DNA of 64,000 bases from Azolla caroliniana (GCA_043228905.1 JBHGNT010000003.1:4588001-4652000); one strand, 5' to 3'. Numbered from the stretch's first letter, positions 26,301-40,106 are shown. Numbers and translations: made by a program. Notes: a model not told the origin generated them from the sequence alone.

Positions 26301-28565
26301 TGCCTTTGAATAAAATTTGGACTTTATACAATTTTTCCAAACTTGGAGTTGCACACCAAATAGATGCGATCTCGACCAAACCTACACAACAAAGCACTTT
26401 AACAATTGATTTTAGTTCATCTTAATTGCTATCATTTTAAATATTTTCACAATCAAATGTAACAAAACACACTAGAGTTTATATGTCTTTTTAGGGTTGT
26501 GAATTCTTTCCTTGAGAATTGAATGTAATCATTTGAGTGATTTTGATGACTTGATAGTTATTGGGACCATTAACACTTTAAGTACTCATCTTTTTTAACA
26601 AATCATCAATGATGTGTTCGGGGTATGACTGCATATGTTTTTGAGAATCTTGAATTTCTAATATTTGAATGTTTTGATTGTTTGTCCTTTAGTAGACACA
26701 ATGCGACAATACTCTGTGTGTAGTTTTGAGCCTTGTTGGCATTGATTTCATTGATCTACGAGCACATTAACATATGCATTTTTTATTTGGATAATGGCGT
26801 GTCAAACATATACTTATGTAACCATTTACATAGGGTTAAATCTAAATGATCCATTGACATTTTCATTACAACTTTTCCATTTCGTTACTAATATGTTTAT
26901 GGGCCAAATTTGGTTACATGTGCATAATGTAAGAGTCAACAAACTATGCACAATACAATTGCATGTACATAGATGAAATATAAGAATATAACATATATCG
27001 GCATCAAGGTTGTTGAATACAATGCACATGAAAGACAATTTTGAAATATCAAAGGCATACTAGTGGTGACAAAGAGAATTCCAGAGTGAGGCTGAATATT
27101 TTGATAAACATATAACAATAAATGTTACAGTAAACATAGTCGATATAGTAGATGCTTAATATATTTAAGGTCATTAAGTTGACTTTACCAAATTATGAAG
27201 ACATTTAATAATCCACTAGCTTACACAAACACTTTTACTGATTGTCTTCAAAACTAGATATTAGTATTGTGTCAATATTGTACAACTAGATCATGCTGAT
27301 GTTGAACCATTGTCTTCATCCTTCTCAAAAGTGGATATTTGTCTTTCTGTATGTGCACCATATATCTAGGTTTTTGGTGAACTTCAAAACATGCATGCAT
27401 TTGTATGATGCAAGGAATTATACATAAAGGAGACGACACTCCAAAGGGTAAGATATCGTTATGGCATGTCAAAGGGCGTAACTAGCCCCCTTTATACATT
27501 TGAACTCCTTAGGCTTATAGATCTTATAGATCACAACACATTATATATCCTTAGGTTTCCCCAAATCCTAGGATACTTGGTTTCTGACCTATCCTACCTT
27601 CGAATTCATTATCATTATCATTAAAAACTAGTAGGATTTGCATGTAACGTAACCCCATTATTAAAACATTGCATTCTTGCATTGATACTAAGCACCATGC
27701 AAATGTTACTTGATCTAGTGCTAGGTAACAAATACAATTGTTTTATGGTGACTTTATTGAGACAATGATAATTTCTAGACAATCACTATGTTCATTCTAT
27801 TTTTTGACTAGATACTAACATGACAACTATAACCCAAACTTACATAATCCGTTAGTTCTATTGCCATCTCATTCTCTTAATTTTGACTAAGTTTATAGGA
27901 ATAACACATCATTTGAGATCAATTATGTGGTCAACATTATGCCTTGGTGGTAAATCTAGTTGAAGTTAATTAGTAAAAACATTTTCAAAACTAATAAAGA
28001 TCAAATTGCATTTATAATCTTCTTCATGAAATGATAATTGATGTGCATTAGCATTAAAACAATTTTGAATCATTGGATTAATTATACAATAGTAAAGTTG
28101 TGAACAAGAGCTCAAATAAAGATGTGGAAGGAATAAGATATTGCTGATATGCATTCCTCTGGTAGCTAGTTGAATTATAGAACTGTGATAAGCTACATTT
28201 GTTCAAACTCCTAAATTTTTAAGAAGTATGGTTAATAAAATTAGGTGAGCTTCTAGAGTCAAACAAGAAATGCATTCGAGATCTATTGATATGACTAATT
28301 CTTTGGATCAAATCATTTGGTCCCTATAAATGTCTTGCAAAAGAATATGGACAATCACTTAAATATTGAGCATGAACATTGATAATGTTAAGGATCTAAC
28401 ATTTTCGGTAAAAAGTTTTGTTGTTTTGCTCTTGAAGAGCGTTTTCTTTTTTTCTTGAGTCAAGGACATATAAAGGAGAATTCACTTCAAGATTTGGAAT
28501 TATTGTCCAATGGTGGTTTTATTTGGAATACCATTAGTGACCTTTATTTCGTATGAATAGCCCCT
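23400..28565 (-). pseudogene. Very old AT-decayed Ty3/gypsy pol remnant; boundaries approximate
   Basis: Manual translation gives protease-like FLFDSRSSPNFIN (~28235-28270), an RT-RH linker-like VTKLQYLLGLANY (~25705-25745) and IN zinc-finger-like HDSKGHT (~24850-24870), in gypsy order. Confidence 0.55.
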
Positions 28566-31473
28566 TGTTGGCATAAAAGGCCGATTCCTTCCAAATAGTA
28601 TCCTTAAGTGTGAACATGTTCTCAAGTTAGGGCTCGAGTATATAAGTCCAACTGTAACATTGTAAACCATAGAGAGAGTTTTGCAGAAGAGAAATAAGGG
28701 TTTTCCATTAGAGCTTCAACTTAGATCTCTTGCTTCTTGCATATTGTGCACATTCTGCTTCTTCGTCTTGTATATGTTGTTTGCTTGACATCACTTTGCA
28801 TATCCTCACATATTCTTCCACATATTATCCTTAACATTTGGTATTAGAACGACCTTGCTATCTGGCGACAACAAACAATAGAAAACTAAGAAGAGAATCT
28901 ATCTGGCTGAGAGAAAAGACTAGGCCAACAACATCTACTTCCAGAAACATGGCGACAGTCCGGCACTAGTGTGGAAATTCAGAAGTTCGACGGAAAGAAC
29001 TTTGCGCTGTGGAAGGAAATGATGCAAGATGTGCTAATAATCCGAAGATAGGTCGAAGCAATACGACACAACTCCAAGACGGCTTCGATGTTTGCTGAAG
29101 AGTGGAGATCTATGGACGAAATCGCATGCTGACTTGGCTAAAAATGTCTATTTTAGCATGGCCAAGGAGACAATGACATTCTCTTTGTGGAAGAAACTTC
29201 AGGCCGTTTATGAGAAGAAGTCTGAATCCTCGTTGAAGCTCATATTAATCCGACACTTGTTCAATATCAAGATGAGAGAGACAGATCCAACGACCTCCCA
29301 CATCAGCACATTCAACCAAGTGTTGTCTGAGCTTTCCTCCCAAGTGATTAACTTCGAAGAAGAAGTTAAAGCTCTTGCCCTCCTTTCGAGCTTGCCAGGG
29401 AGTTGGGAAGTATTCTGCACGACATTTGCCAACAACTGTCCAAAATTGAATCTTGAAGAAACGATCAGACAAGTCCTCATTGAGGATATTCAACGAAAAT
29501 CGAGGGGTCTCACCATTGAAGATTCAGCAAAAGTCCATCACTTGACTGAGTCAGTCGAGAGAGCCAGCTGAAGTCCTAACCGGCTGAGAACGAGGGATAA
29601 CCGACAACGATTGAAGTCGAGGAAGAGTCGATCAAGTGCTTTCTACACCCACTGCAAAAAGTCTGGTCACAATGTTTTTGATTGCTGGTTGATAAAGAGA
29701 AAGGAGAACGGTCAACGACTCGATCGGACACGAGGACAATCCAATTCAAATCGTTCTCTAACCGGCAACGAAGTCAATGTTGCCGAATCCCGGTTTGGAG
29801 AAGTTCTCTCCTTGGAAAACACGACCGGTGAAGTCCTATACAGTGTGCATGACGCAGAATGTGGCTGACGGACAGAGGCGTTACATTTCACGTGACCCCC
29901 AACATTGAATGATTTTCGGACTATTTGGTCGGAGCCAATGGAACATTCCAACTTGGCAACGGGAAGAAGTGCGAAGTCGCAGGGATCAACGAGGTCCCAA
30001 TTCAATTGCCGAACGACAATTAGATCATCCTGCACCGAGTTTGGCATCTACCCTAGCTGAAAAGAAGTTTGGTCTCCATCGGCATGCTAGCCGAAGCCGG
30101 GTATAGGACGACTCTAAGTGAGTTGACATGGATAATCAGTCGAGGGAATATGAAAATCGGCTGCAAATAAAAGTACAACAACTTGTACTAGCTGATGAGG
30201 ATCAGTCTAGGAGGGGTCGTGAACGTAGTTGATTTGTTAGAATTGAACTTATGGCATGCAAAATCAGCCATATGTCCTAAGTCGGACTGGACCGACTAAT
30301 GGCGATCGGCTACATCTTGAAACTCCAGTCAAAGAAGAACTTCTGTGAGCATTGTCGTTATGGGAAACAAGCCCGAAGTATGCATTCTCTCCATTATGAG
30401 ATGGTATGACAACCCCTAGAACTGGTCCACACCGATATATGCGGGCTGATGCTCGAACGGTGTCTAGGCGGCTCCTGGTACTTCATCACATTCGTAGATG
30501 AATGTACACAGAAGATCTGGGCCTATTTGATTAGGCCGAAGGACGAGGCGCTCGAGGTCTTCACTCGGTGGCTAGCCAAAGTGGAGAACCGATTAGGACA
30601 CACGGTGAAGACACTTCGGTCCGACAACGGAGGTGAGTGCACCTCTTGAGCCTTCAAACAATACCTTTTTGAAAAAGGAACCTGACATTAGGAGATCGTT
30701 CCATAGTCTCCCATGTAGAATGGTGTGGTGGAACACATGAACTGGACAATCGAAGAGAGAGTGATGACAATGCTCCAACATTCTGGACTCAAGTTGGAAT
30801 TCTAGGCCGAGGCACTGCAGACGACCGTCTACTTGATAAATCTATCATCGTCGAGAGCAGTGCAGCTCGAAGTGCCATAGGCACTATGGTTAGGCAAACA
30901 TCCGGCCTACAATAGGCTACATATATTCGGATGCGAAGCCTATGCCATCATCCCCAGGGATAAAACGACAAAGCTGGTAGTCTATGCACTTAAGCGTATA
31001 TATCTTAGCTACGACATAGATGAGAACTTCGGCTATCGGCTATGGGATCCGGAGAAGCGAAAATTGATCCGGAGCAGCAACTTATTCTTCAATGAACACT
31101 CAATACTCTCTAACTTGACCCAACCAAAGAAAATTTGCAAAAATGTCTCATTTGACCTTGACAGATTGATCATAGAAGGGCCGACTGACCAGGCCGAATC
31201 AGAGTTTTGAGAACTAGTTGAAATCGATCGTGCCAATGACCCCCCCCCCCCCCCCCCCCCCCTTGCCGAATCCGAATTGGTAAGAGGTCCATTAATCGAA
31301 ATCTAAATCGATTTGAATAAGATATTGACAAGGGCCCAATCAGCAAAGCTAGTTGAATTGGCTGATTCGGCAAAGATATTGAAAAGAGCCGATAAAACCA
31401 AAGGGCGGAAATAGGCAAAAGCAGACCAAGGCAAAGCCGAAATGGGTAGAGTCGAAACAGACAGAGTTGAATT
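28566..31473 (+). mobile_element. Copia element A, 5' half (LTR 28566-28836, decayed PBS 28839-28850, gag-PR-IN), interrupted by element B
   Basis: tgttggca...ttaaca tt tggtattagaac; EIQKFDGKNFALWKEMMQD; LALLSSLPGSW; THCKKSGH; LELVHTDICG; TLRSDNGGE; many stops. Confidence 0.88.
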
Positions 31474-31758
31474 TGTTGGGAAACAAGTCCCTCTGGATGG
31501 GATCTGGATGAGCCGATGGAAACAACCGGATCGGATGGGTATGGAAGGTATGTGGATACCGGATCGGATGGATCCGAAAGGAGTCTGGCCGGATACGGTA
31601 TGAACAAGCAAATTAGGAACATATTAGTAAATATGTTAAGACGTGACCGTTGAGGTCACATTTGTAAAAAGTCCCAAAGTTATATAAGTAAAAATATAAC
31701 TAGGGCAATACTGTTATGAAAAATATAATCATTGTAGTTGTTCTGTTGTATCATTGTA

Positions 31759-31856
<98 letters not shown>

Positions 31857-34800
31857 GTGAGAGAGAGAGAGAAAGCTTTTCTGTTGTAAACGCCGGTTGA
31901 CGAAGGCATAGAGCTCGAGGTTGTTGCCTATGAGTCTCACATTATATCCTTCCTCTCATAGTGATAGTTGGAGTCTGTGGGCTCCCGTGGTTTTTCCCAA
32001 TTACGGTTTTCCACATTAACATCTGGTGTCGTCTCATTCTGTGTAAGTGCATTGATCTTCATCCCTGTTTTCTTCTTTCTTCCATAGAGTGTTTAAGGCT
32101 TGGTTGTTATCGAGCACTATTCCGCACAAACTAGTATTAGAGCTAAGTTGTAAACTTCAAACAAAGAAAGAGCATGGAAGATCCATTCGGGGGCATGTTC
32201 AAGCTTACTGGCTCCAACTACCCAGTGTGGAAGTCAAAGATGAGGGGCATGTTGGTGGTCAAAGATCTCTGGCTACCAGTACAATTTGGAGACAAAAGAC
32301 TAGACAAAATCGATGCTGTGAAATGGGAGGTGATGCATATGAAGACGACGACATACATTCAGTGCTTCATCGACATGAGCCTGTACAATAACTTTAATGA
32401 AGAGAACAAGGCCAATGAGCTCTGGGAGAAGATCAACACGATGCTGGAGAACAAGAACGCCGTAAATCGAGTCTCGGTATTCCGAAAGATTGTGAGGCTC
32501 TGATATCAAGATGGCGCTAGCATGGCAGAGCATATGAACGCCTTCCAAGGGTTGATAAACTAGACTACCTCACTCAAAGTACCGTTAGCCGACGAGGTAC
32601 TAGCATTGTTATTGCTCGAATCTCTTCTGGATAGCTGGGAGATGTTGGTTGTCAGTCTAGGCAATGCTGGACCGGAAGGACAGAACTTATCCCTAGGGAG
32701 ATTGAAGTCAAGCCTGCTAAACGAAGAAGCTCGCCGAAAGGACCGGGAGTCCAAGACTGATCCAAAGGACTTGGTTATGGAAGATGACCATAACCAAGGA
32801 AGAGGCCGGAATCGGAGCCCTTAGAATCGTGACAAATTGGGGACAAGGTTGAAGTCAAGGGGGAGGCCCACTTGCTTTTATTGCAGAAAGCCGGGGCACT
32901 TCCAGAAGAATTGCTGACACTTCTGAAAAATCAAAGGGGGAGCCGACATTCCGGAACCAAAGACGATTTCGGAAGGGAGAGGAACATCGGCGATCGGGAC
33001 AACTGAGGAAGAACTATTGCTCATCACCAAGGAGAGTGAGATACATCTTGTCAGCGACAAGTTGACATGGGTGGTCGACTCTGGAGCGTCATTCCATCTG
33101 ACCCCCGACCGGAAATGCTTCTCATCCTACGGAGCCGGAGATCACGGTTATGTCCGGAAGGGGAATGAAGGCGCATGCCAGATTGTTGGCATAGGAGATG
33201 TGTGGTTGACGACGTCAACTGGGTGCAAGTTGCTGCTGATATCAGTCGGTCGACTAGATGATGAAGGTTACATAGGTAGCATCCGGAACGAAGTCATGAA
33301 GTGTTGCAAAGGAAGCTTGATCGTGGCCCGAGCCCGGAAAATCAACACCTTGTACCTGATACATGCCTGGATTTTCCGGGAAGAAGTGAACATGGTATCC
33401 GACACTGCCGATGAGTAGTGGCACAAGAGGTTGTGCCACATGAGCTAGAAAGGGATGTAGAGACTTGCCGAGGACAACCTCCGTATGGAGGTGAAAGATG
33501 TGCAACTTGAGAAGTGCACCGATTTCTTGGTCGACAAGCAGAACATGACCTCTTTCCGGTCGAGACCACCGATGAGATGGAAGGCACCACTGGAACTTGT
33601 GCATACTGATGTATGCCAAGTGGAGACGAAGTCACATGCTGGATCACAATACTTCGTGACGTTCATAGATGACCACATCCAGAAGCTATGGGTCTCACCA
33701 TTGAAGACGAAGGAACATGTACTATTCGTCTTCAAGGAAGTCCACATGTGAGTGGAAAGAGAAACCAGCTAGAAACTGAAGACGGTTAGAGCGGACAACG
33801 GAGGTGAATACCGGGGGTAGTTCAAGGAGTACTGCTGGTTGAAGGGAATCCAACTTGAATTCACTATGCTGAAGACACCAAAGCTGAATGGATTAGCCAA
33901 AAGGATGAACTGGACTGTGATGGAGAGAGTCTGGAGCATGTTGGCACATGCTAAGCTATCGAAGATGTTTTGGGCTGAGCATGCAACAACCGGAGGGATA
34001 TGTCAAGAAAGGGAAGGAGCACTTGGTGTGCCGGTTGAAGAAGAGATTATACGGATTGACGCAAGCTCCCCGGCAATGGTACTGGAAGTTCGACTCCTTC
34101 ATGATCGATTAGGGATACCAGAAGACGCATCCCGACCACTGCGTATTTGTCGGACCAGACCGGATCAAAATTGAAAATCTAAAGAAGGCCTTGAACCAGA
34201 CCTTCTCAATGAAAGATTTCGGTTCGGCGAGACAGATATTGGGGATGCACATAGTCCGGGACCAGACAAAGAAGCTATTGTGGCAGTCACAGGAGAAGTA
34301 CGCGACAAAGGTGCTTCAAATGTTCAACATGTCGGATGCTAAGCCGGTCGGGTCAACACTTCTGGCAAATTGTAAACTGTCTGGGAAACATAGCCCGAAC
34401 ACAAAGGCAGAGAAGTCAGAGATGATGAAGATACCATATGCCTCTGCCATTGGAAGCTTGATGTACGCAATCGAATGTACCCCCCCAGATATTGGATATC
34501 CAGTCGGAGTGGTCAACCGGTTCATGAGCAATCCAAGAAGAGAACACTGGATTGCGGTCAAGTGGATACTTCGATACTTGAAAGGCACCTCATGTATGTG
34601 CCTTCGATTCGGCTCAGGTAAACCCCAACTTGAAGTATTGACGGATTCAGATATGTCAGCTGATGTAGATACCAGCCGATCTACATCCGGATATGTCATG
34701 ACTTATGTAGGGGGAGTTGTGTCGTGGCAATTGAGGCTGTAGAAGTCCATTGCACTGTCAACAACGGAAGTAGAGTACATGGCAGTTGTAGAAGTTGGCA

Positions 34801-35247
34801 AAGAGGTAATTTGGATGAAGGATTTCATCGGAGAGCTAGGGATCCGGCAGGAGGAATTCCAGCTCTACTGCAATAGTCAAAGCGCCATCCACCTCACGAA
34901 GAATGCGGCCTACCACTCCCGGACCAAGCACATCTAGAGGAGATATCATTGGCTTCGAGAGAAGGTAGAAGATAAAGAGTTTTTGCTGACTAAGATCCAT
35001 ACTGAGGAGATCGGGCTAGACATGTTGACCAAGGTGCTGTCAGCCGACAAGCTGGACGTGTGCCGGAGATGGATTGGACTGGTGAGACATCCCATGCTAG
35101 AGCGAAGGGGATGTTTGTTGGGAAACAGGTCCCTCCGGATGGGATCCGGATGTGCCGGATCAGATGAGCTGAAGGAAAGAACCGGTGTTGTGGGGAATTC
35201 CGTCCACAAGGAGAAAAGGGACCGGAGAGGCGTGAACGGGCGTGTGC
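31474..35247 (+). mobile_element. Copia element B, internally deleted (5' LTR 31474-32128, gag 32174, PPT ~35100-35115, 3' LTR from 35116 cut by gypsy D)
   Basis: MEDPFGGMFKLTGSNY; WVVDSGASFH; LELVHTDVC; IN-to-RT deletion at ~33980; PYASAIGSLMYA; RNase H DSDMSAD; both LTRs begin tgttgggaaac. Confidence 0.9.
31762..31871. repeat. (GA)n microsatellite (~110 bp) inside the copia B LTR
   Basis: Direct reading. Confidence 0.95.
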
Positions 35248-35256
35248 TGTCATGAT

Positions 35257-35325
35257 ATAGCAAGACTCGAACCCATGACCTTAATGTTATATAGGTCGAG
35301 CTCTTGTCCATTACACTATCTATTG
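35257..35325 (-). ncRNA. tRNA-derived cassette (Pol III A and B boxes) inside the gypsy D LTR; not a functional tRNA
   Basis: A box TAGTGTAATGG (35318-35308), 34-nt spacer ending AGGTCATG, B box GGTTCGAGTCT (35273-35263). Transcription not demonstrated. Confidence 0.55.
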
Positions 35326-35545
35326 TAATACATAGGATATTATTTTCATTTAAGTTTTACTATAGAAAATTAATGTATATTCCAGATTTCTCTGGAACAT
35401 TCTAGAAGCTTCAGGACTACTCTTGAGAACACTATAAAAGGAGGCACAAGGCATTATTTCAAGCCAAATTGTTTCAACGCTAGTCTTAAGCCTCATAGCT
35501 ATTTTGTATTTACTCTTCACATAATATATCATCTGTTATCATCAT

Positions 35546-35592
<47 letters not shown>

Positions 35593-35855
35593 AAAGCTCT
35601 CTGTAAGTTCACTCCGGTCATCGTTTTCTATGTTCTATAGCTCGTTGGAAAGCTCTTTGAGAGAGCTTTCTAAAGAATATTTATTTACTGAATTCCATTA
35701 CCGTGGCAAGAAGTTATGAGCATTTTCATTTGCAGCCATCTTTGCCCCACGGTTCCTCAAACGAAAGGTAGATTTTGAAGCCCTAAATCGAGTGAAAGGT
35801 ACATTCTCTCTCCTTCCCTCTCTGTCTCTCATTTCCCGTAGGGTTTGTCCCTACA

Positions 35856-36725
35856 ATGGCAAATACTCGTAAAACCGCCGCAAAGTTTGGGGGTATGATT
35901 GATAATGAGCCGAGATCACCAACAAATCTCGATTCTAATGCAATGGACAAAATGCTTATGAGTCACTTGATTTCTCTTCAAGAAACCAGAAACAAGCAAG
36001 ATGAAGAGATTAGGACGTTAATGAAAGAGAATACTAAGCTCCAAAGTGTTGTCATTGAGAATGAAAGTCTTAAACAAGTGGTTGCAAAACTTCAAGAAGA
36101 GATTCAAGAATGTAAAAGAGCTTCTTTTGAAACAAATGAGCGCCTTAACAAGATTGAGTTAAAGGAAGCATTAAAAGAAGAAAAATTGGACACGATGAGG
36201 CGGGATGTAAGTGAGATGAAAAATGTATGTACAACGAAGTCATGGGCTGATGTATGTGGTGGGGATGTGCTATCAAACTCATCTAATATGCATGTGATGC
36301 ATCAAGAGAAGAATATAGAAAGCATAGATGTCCGAGAATTGAAAGAACATGAACGACGATCAAAGAACATTGTCGTCCGTGGGATTAAAGAAGAGAGTAT
36401 GGAAACACCCGCATCCCTTGGAAAGGCCATTGGTGAATTTTTTAGCATGCATTATGGGATGTCAGATGTGAATGTATATGGGGCACACCGAGTTGGGAAA
36501 CATGGTGTTACTCGCTCCGGAGAAAGGCCTATTGTATGCACAATGACAGATGATACAAAGCGGCGGATCATACTCGAAAATAGTTGGGTATACCTCAAAG
36601 GTACACAATGCTTTGTGAGTGAAGATCATACTATCTCACAACAAAATGCTCGTCGTAAAGCATATGAAGAAAGATTGAAAAACAAGGGTAAGGATGTGCC
36701 TAAAGATGGAAATGTAGGCAAATAG
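35856..36725 (+). CDS. LINE ORF1 protein (coiled coil plus RRM-like domain), 289 aa
   Basis: Heptad-rich N-half; ERRSKNIVVRGIKE, AHRVGK, RPIV and LKGT..FVSED motifs typical of LINE ORF1. Confidence 0.88.
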   Translation: MANTRKTAAKFGGMIDNEPRSPTNLDSNAMDKMLMSHLISLQETRNKQDEEIRTLMKENTKLQSVVIENESLKQVVAKLQEEIQECKRASFETNERLNKIELKEALKEEKLDTMRRDVSEMKNVCTTKSWADVCGGDVLSNSSNMHVMHQEKNIESIDVRELKEHERRSKNIVVRGIKEESMETPASLGKAIGEFFSMHYGMSDVNVYGAHRVGKHGVTRSGERPIVCTMTDDTKRRIILENSWVYLKGTQCFVSEDHTISQQNARRKAYEERLKNKGKDVPKDGNVGK

Positions 36726-36731
36726 GGACAC

Positions 36732-39700
36732 GTGATCTATGAGACTAACCCACGCCTTTTACAACTATGCTTTTGGAATTGCAATGGATACCCATGGAAT
36801 GCGGGATTTGACATAGAGGAGTTCATCGATGACTCGGATATCACACTTCTTGTTGAAACATGGGAGCATGATACTCAAAGGATTCAAGGTTTAGGAAACT
36901 ATAATGTACACTCTTTGATATGGAAGAAAAATCCAAGACAAAGAAAAGGACAAGGAGGGGTGGCATGTTTGATTAAGAAGGAAATAGAGAAATATGTGTC
37001 AATCATAAAAAATGATGAAAATAAATGCTACATATGGCTCAAAATAGAAACATCTAATGATTTGCCCACTTTTGTAGTTGGATGTTACATTCCTCATCAA
37101 GATTCTAACTTTTATGCTTGTTTGGATAAAGATCAACCGTTTGCCAATCTAGAAGATGATATTGCTTATTTCAAATCCAAAGGGGAAGTTATTGTCTTTG
37201 GTGACATGAATGCTTGTACAAGAAGTTTCCAACTTGATTCACAAGAATCTTTCATGCCACATATCTCAAGGTTGCAAGAGGATGTGCAAATGTATAACCG
37301 CTCTTCTAGCGATGAAAAAGATTCGAACCAATTTGGGAAGTTACTCCTACAAATGTGCAATAGTACCGTATTGCTTATTGCAAATGGTATTTCCTTATGG
37401 CCTAACACTAATGGTTTTACATGTAGAAAACACAACGGAAATAGTGTGATTGACTATGTGCTACTTTTCGAAGGTATTTTGGATCGTATACATAAATTCT
37501 CACTTGGTGAATGGACACCAGAATCCGATCATAGGCCTTTATGTATTGATCTCAAATGTATGCATAGGTTTGATTGTGAGAAGGCTATTGAAGATAATAA
37601 ACAACCGCACTTGAGCATGAACCTTAAGCGAGCACCCATGTATTCCAAGATGGTTGAGGATATGTTACAAATGACAAAGATACAACATGGTGCCACACTA
37701 GAATGCAAATGGGAAGCTTTCAAGAAAGTCATTCTCTCATGTACAAACAAATGTTTTTCGACCAACCGCACATCTTGGAAGTGCACCAAGAAACTTAGGA
37801 AAAAATGGTTTGATAAAGAATGTCGTGAAGCTCGAAAGTGCCTTATGGTTTTGGATGTAGTTAAGGATAAAGAGAATTACCAAAAGCATTTGCATGAGTA
37901 TAAAAGGCTTATTCAAAGAAAGAGAAGAATATGGGAAGTTACTCAACAATTTATCCAAACGCAAGAGAAAGCACATGCATGTGCTAAATTTTGGGGAAAT
38001 CTAAAGGGAAAATGTGTTGAGAGTTATGGTGACTTAACTCTTCATGACTTGTCTATGCATTGTAAGAATTTATATGAGTTATCTCTTGCCGGAAAGATGA
38101 TGTGTTATGGTTCTCTTTCACATATGCCTCCCTTCTTTACAATTGAAGATATATGCATAGGACTTAAGAAATTGGCCTCTCGAAAGGCAAGTGATCTTCA
38201 ATGTATAAAGGCTGAAATGCTCAAATGGACGGGAAAGGAAGCACATATATGGATAAGCGATATGTTTAATGATGCATTGCAACATGGTATGCCGTACGAT
38301 TGGACTACAAATTGGATCAAACCTTTACATAAAGGTGGAGATATAAATAATGTAAACAACTATCGAACCATCATGGTTGGCTCATTAATGGCAAAATTAT
38401 TTGGATGTATAATGGAATCAAAGATAAGTGTATGGGCTGAAAAAAGTGGTAAGAGAGCTTATGGACAAGCTAGCTTTCGGAAACACCATAGCACCATTGA
38501 TCACCTTATCACCCTTCGAGTAATAATGGAGGAAAGTCGCCTTAGAGGTAAAGGTTTATATTGTTGCTTTGTAGACTTCAAGAAAGCTTTTGATATGGTA
38601 CCTCATGAGCATATTTGGAGGCGAATGGAAGAACTTGAGGTGCCAAGTGAATATATGCTTGCAATTTCCCGAATTTATGAGAAGGTTATATGTTGTGTGC
38701 GCATTAGAGATAAACTTTCAGATTTTTTCAAAAGCACTATTGGTGTTAAGCAAGGATGCCCACTCTCACCAACACTATTTGGTCTATGCATTGATGAATT
38801 GGAAGAAATGGTTACCAAGTTTGCAAAGGAAGAATGTGTTGAAGAAGTTGTCATTGGGAATGTTGTGATTATGCTTTTGCTATATGCAAATGATGTAGTG
38901 CTTTTTGCAAATACTTTAGGAGATGCACAAAATCTTATGAAGGCATTGGAAATTTTTTGCATGCATACTAAATTAAGTGTCAATAGCTCTAAAACAAAGA
39001 TTATGCTTGTGAAGAGCCAAAAAAGAGATAAACCATGCATTATGTACAACAATGAACCACTTGAATGTGTGGAAAGCTTCAAATATCTTGGCCTTGAAGT
39101 TCCTTCAAATAATAGATGGAATGAATGTGCTACACGCCGCTTAGAGGTGGGCAAGCGAGCATACTATGCATTTGAGAACACATGCAATCTTGGAGATATT
39201 AAGTGTTGGGTCCTCAAGAAATATCTTTTCGACACTTTGGTGACACCGGTTCTTCTCTATGGGGTGGAAGTATGGGGCGGTAGCATCCCTAAATCTATGT
39301 GGAAAGAGTTTGAAAATGTCCAAAAGCATTTTCTTACCAAGTTTCTACAATTTAAGAAACAAACTCCCTACACCCTCCTCCTCCTTGAGACGGTATCGCT
39401 TCCCATTGAGATCATGGCCATGGAAAGGGTTGTTGAATACATGCTTAAGGTTCAAAAAAGTCCCTCACATCGACTTCCTAGAATTGCGTGGGAAGCAAGC
39501 AAAAGGATCAAAAAGACGCATAAAAGCAAAATTTTGTGTTTTGGTTGGATGCAAGATATAGAAAAATGGTTTGGTAGATGGGATGCGAGACACTAGCTTC
39601 ATGATGCATCATTAGATTCCTCTGTAAATGAGGCATTTTTGCAACGCCAATGTATCATGACATGGGACAAATGTGGAGGCTCACGCTTCACACATTATAC

Positions 39701-40106
39701 TACACATGTTGCACCTAACTACAAAACCATATTCTTTGCAGAACGGGGAAATCGTACACATCCATACATGTTAGAGCCCATACCGTTATCTGCCATTCGA
39801 ACCATTGCTTCCATGCGACTTAGCTCACATGCATTGTGATGTGAAACAGGGCGTTGGGGTACAAGTGATGAGAGTGGTCGGTTATGCACACTTTGCTCTA
39901 AACAAGTTCGCGAGTCTGAGTATCACACTTTGATACAATGCTCTGCCTTTGATCATATTCGACCATGCTTTCCACATCTCTTCGATCGAGCCCAATCTTT
40001 GCATGAATTCCTCTCACAACCACAATGTGCACTCTTGATTGCAACATTCATTGGTAAAGTTCTTGAACATCGAGAGTCACTACTCACTTTCACACGTATC
40101 ACGTGA
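36732..40106 (+). pseudogene. LINE ORF2 (AP endonuclease, RT, C-terminal CCHC) with two stops and YADD changed to YAND
   Basis: FWNCNG, ETW, GDMNA, SVIDY, SDH; VDFKKAFD, KQGCPLSPTLF, LLYANDV, FKYLG. The frame continues past TAG 39594 and TGA 39837 through RLCTLC...EYH...C to TGA 40104. Confidence 0.92.
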
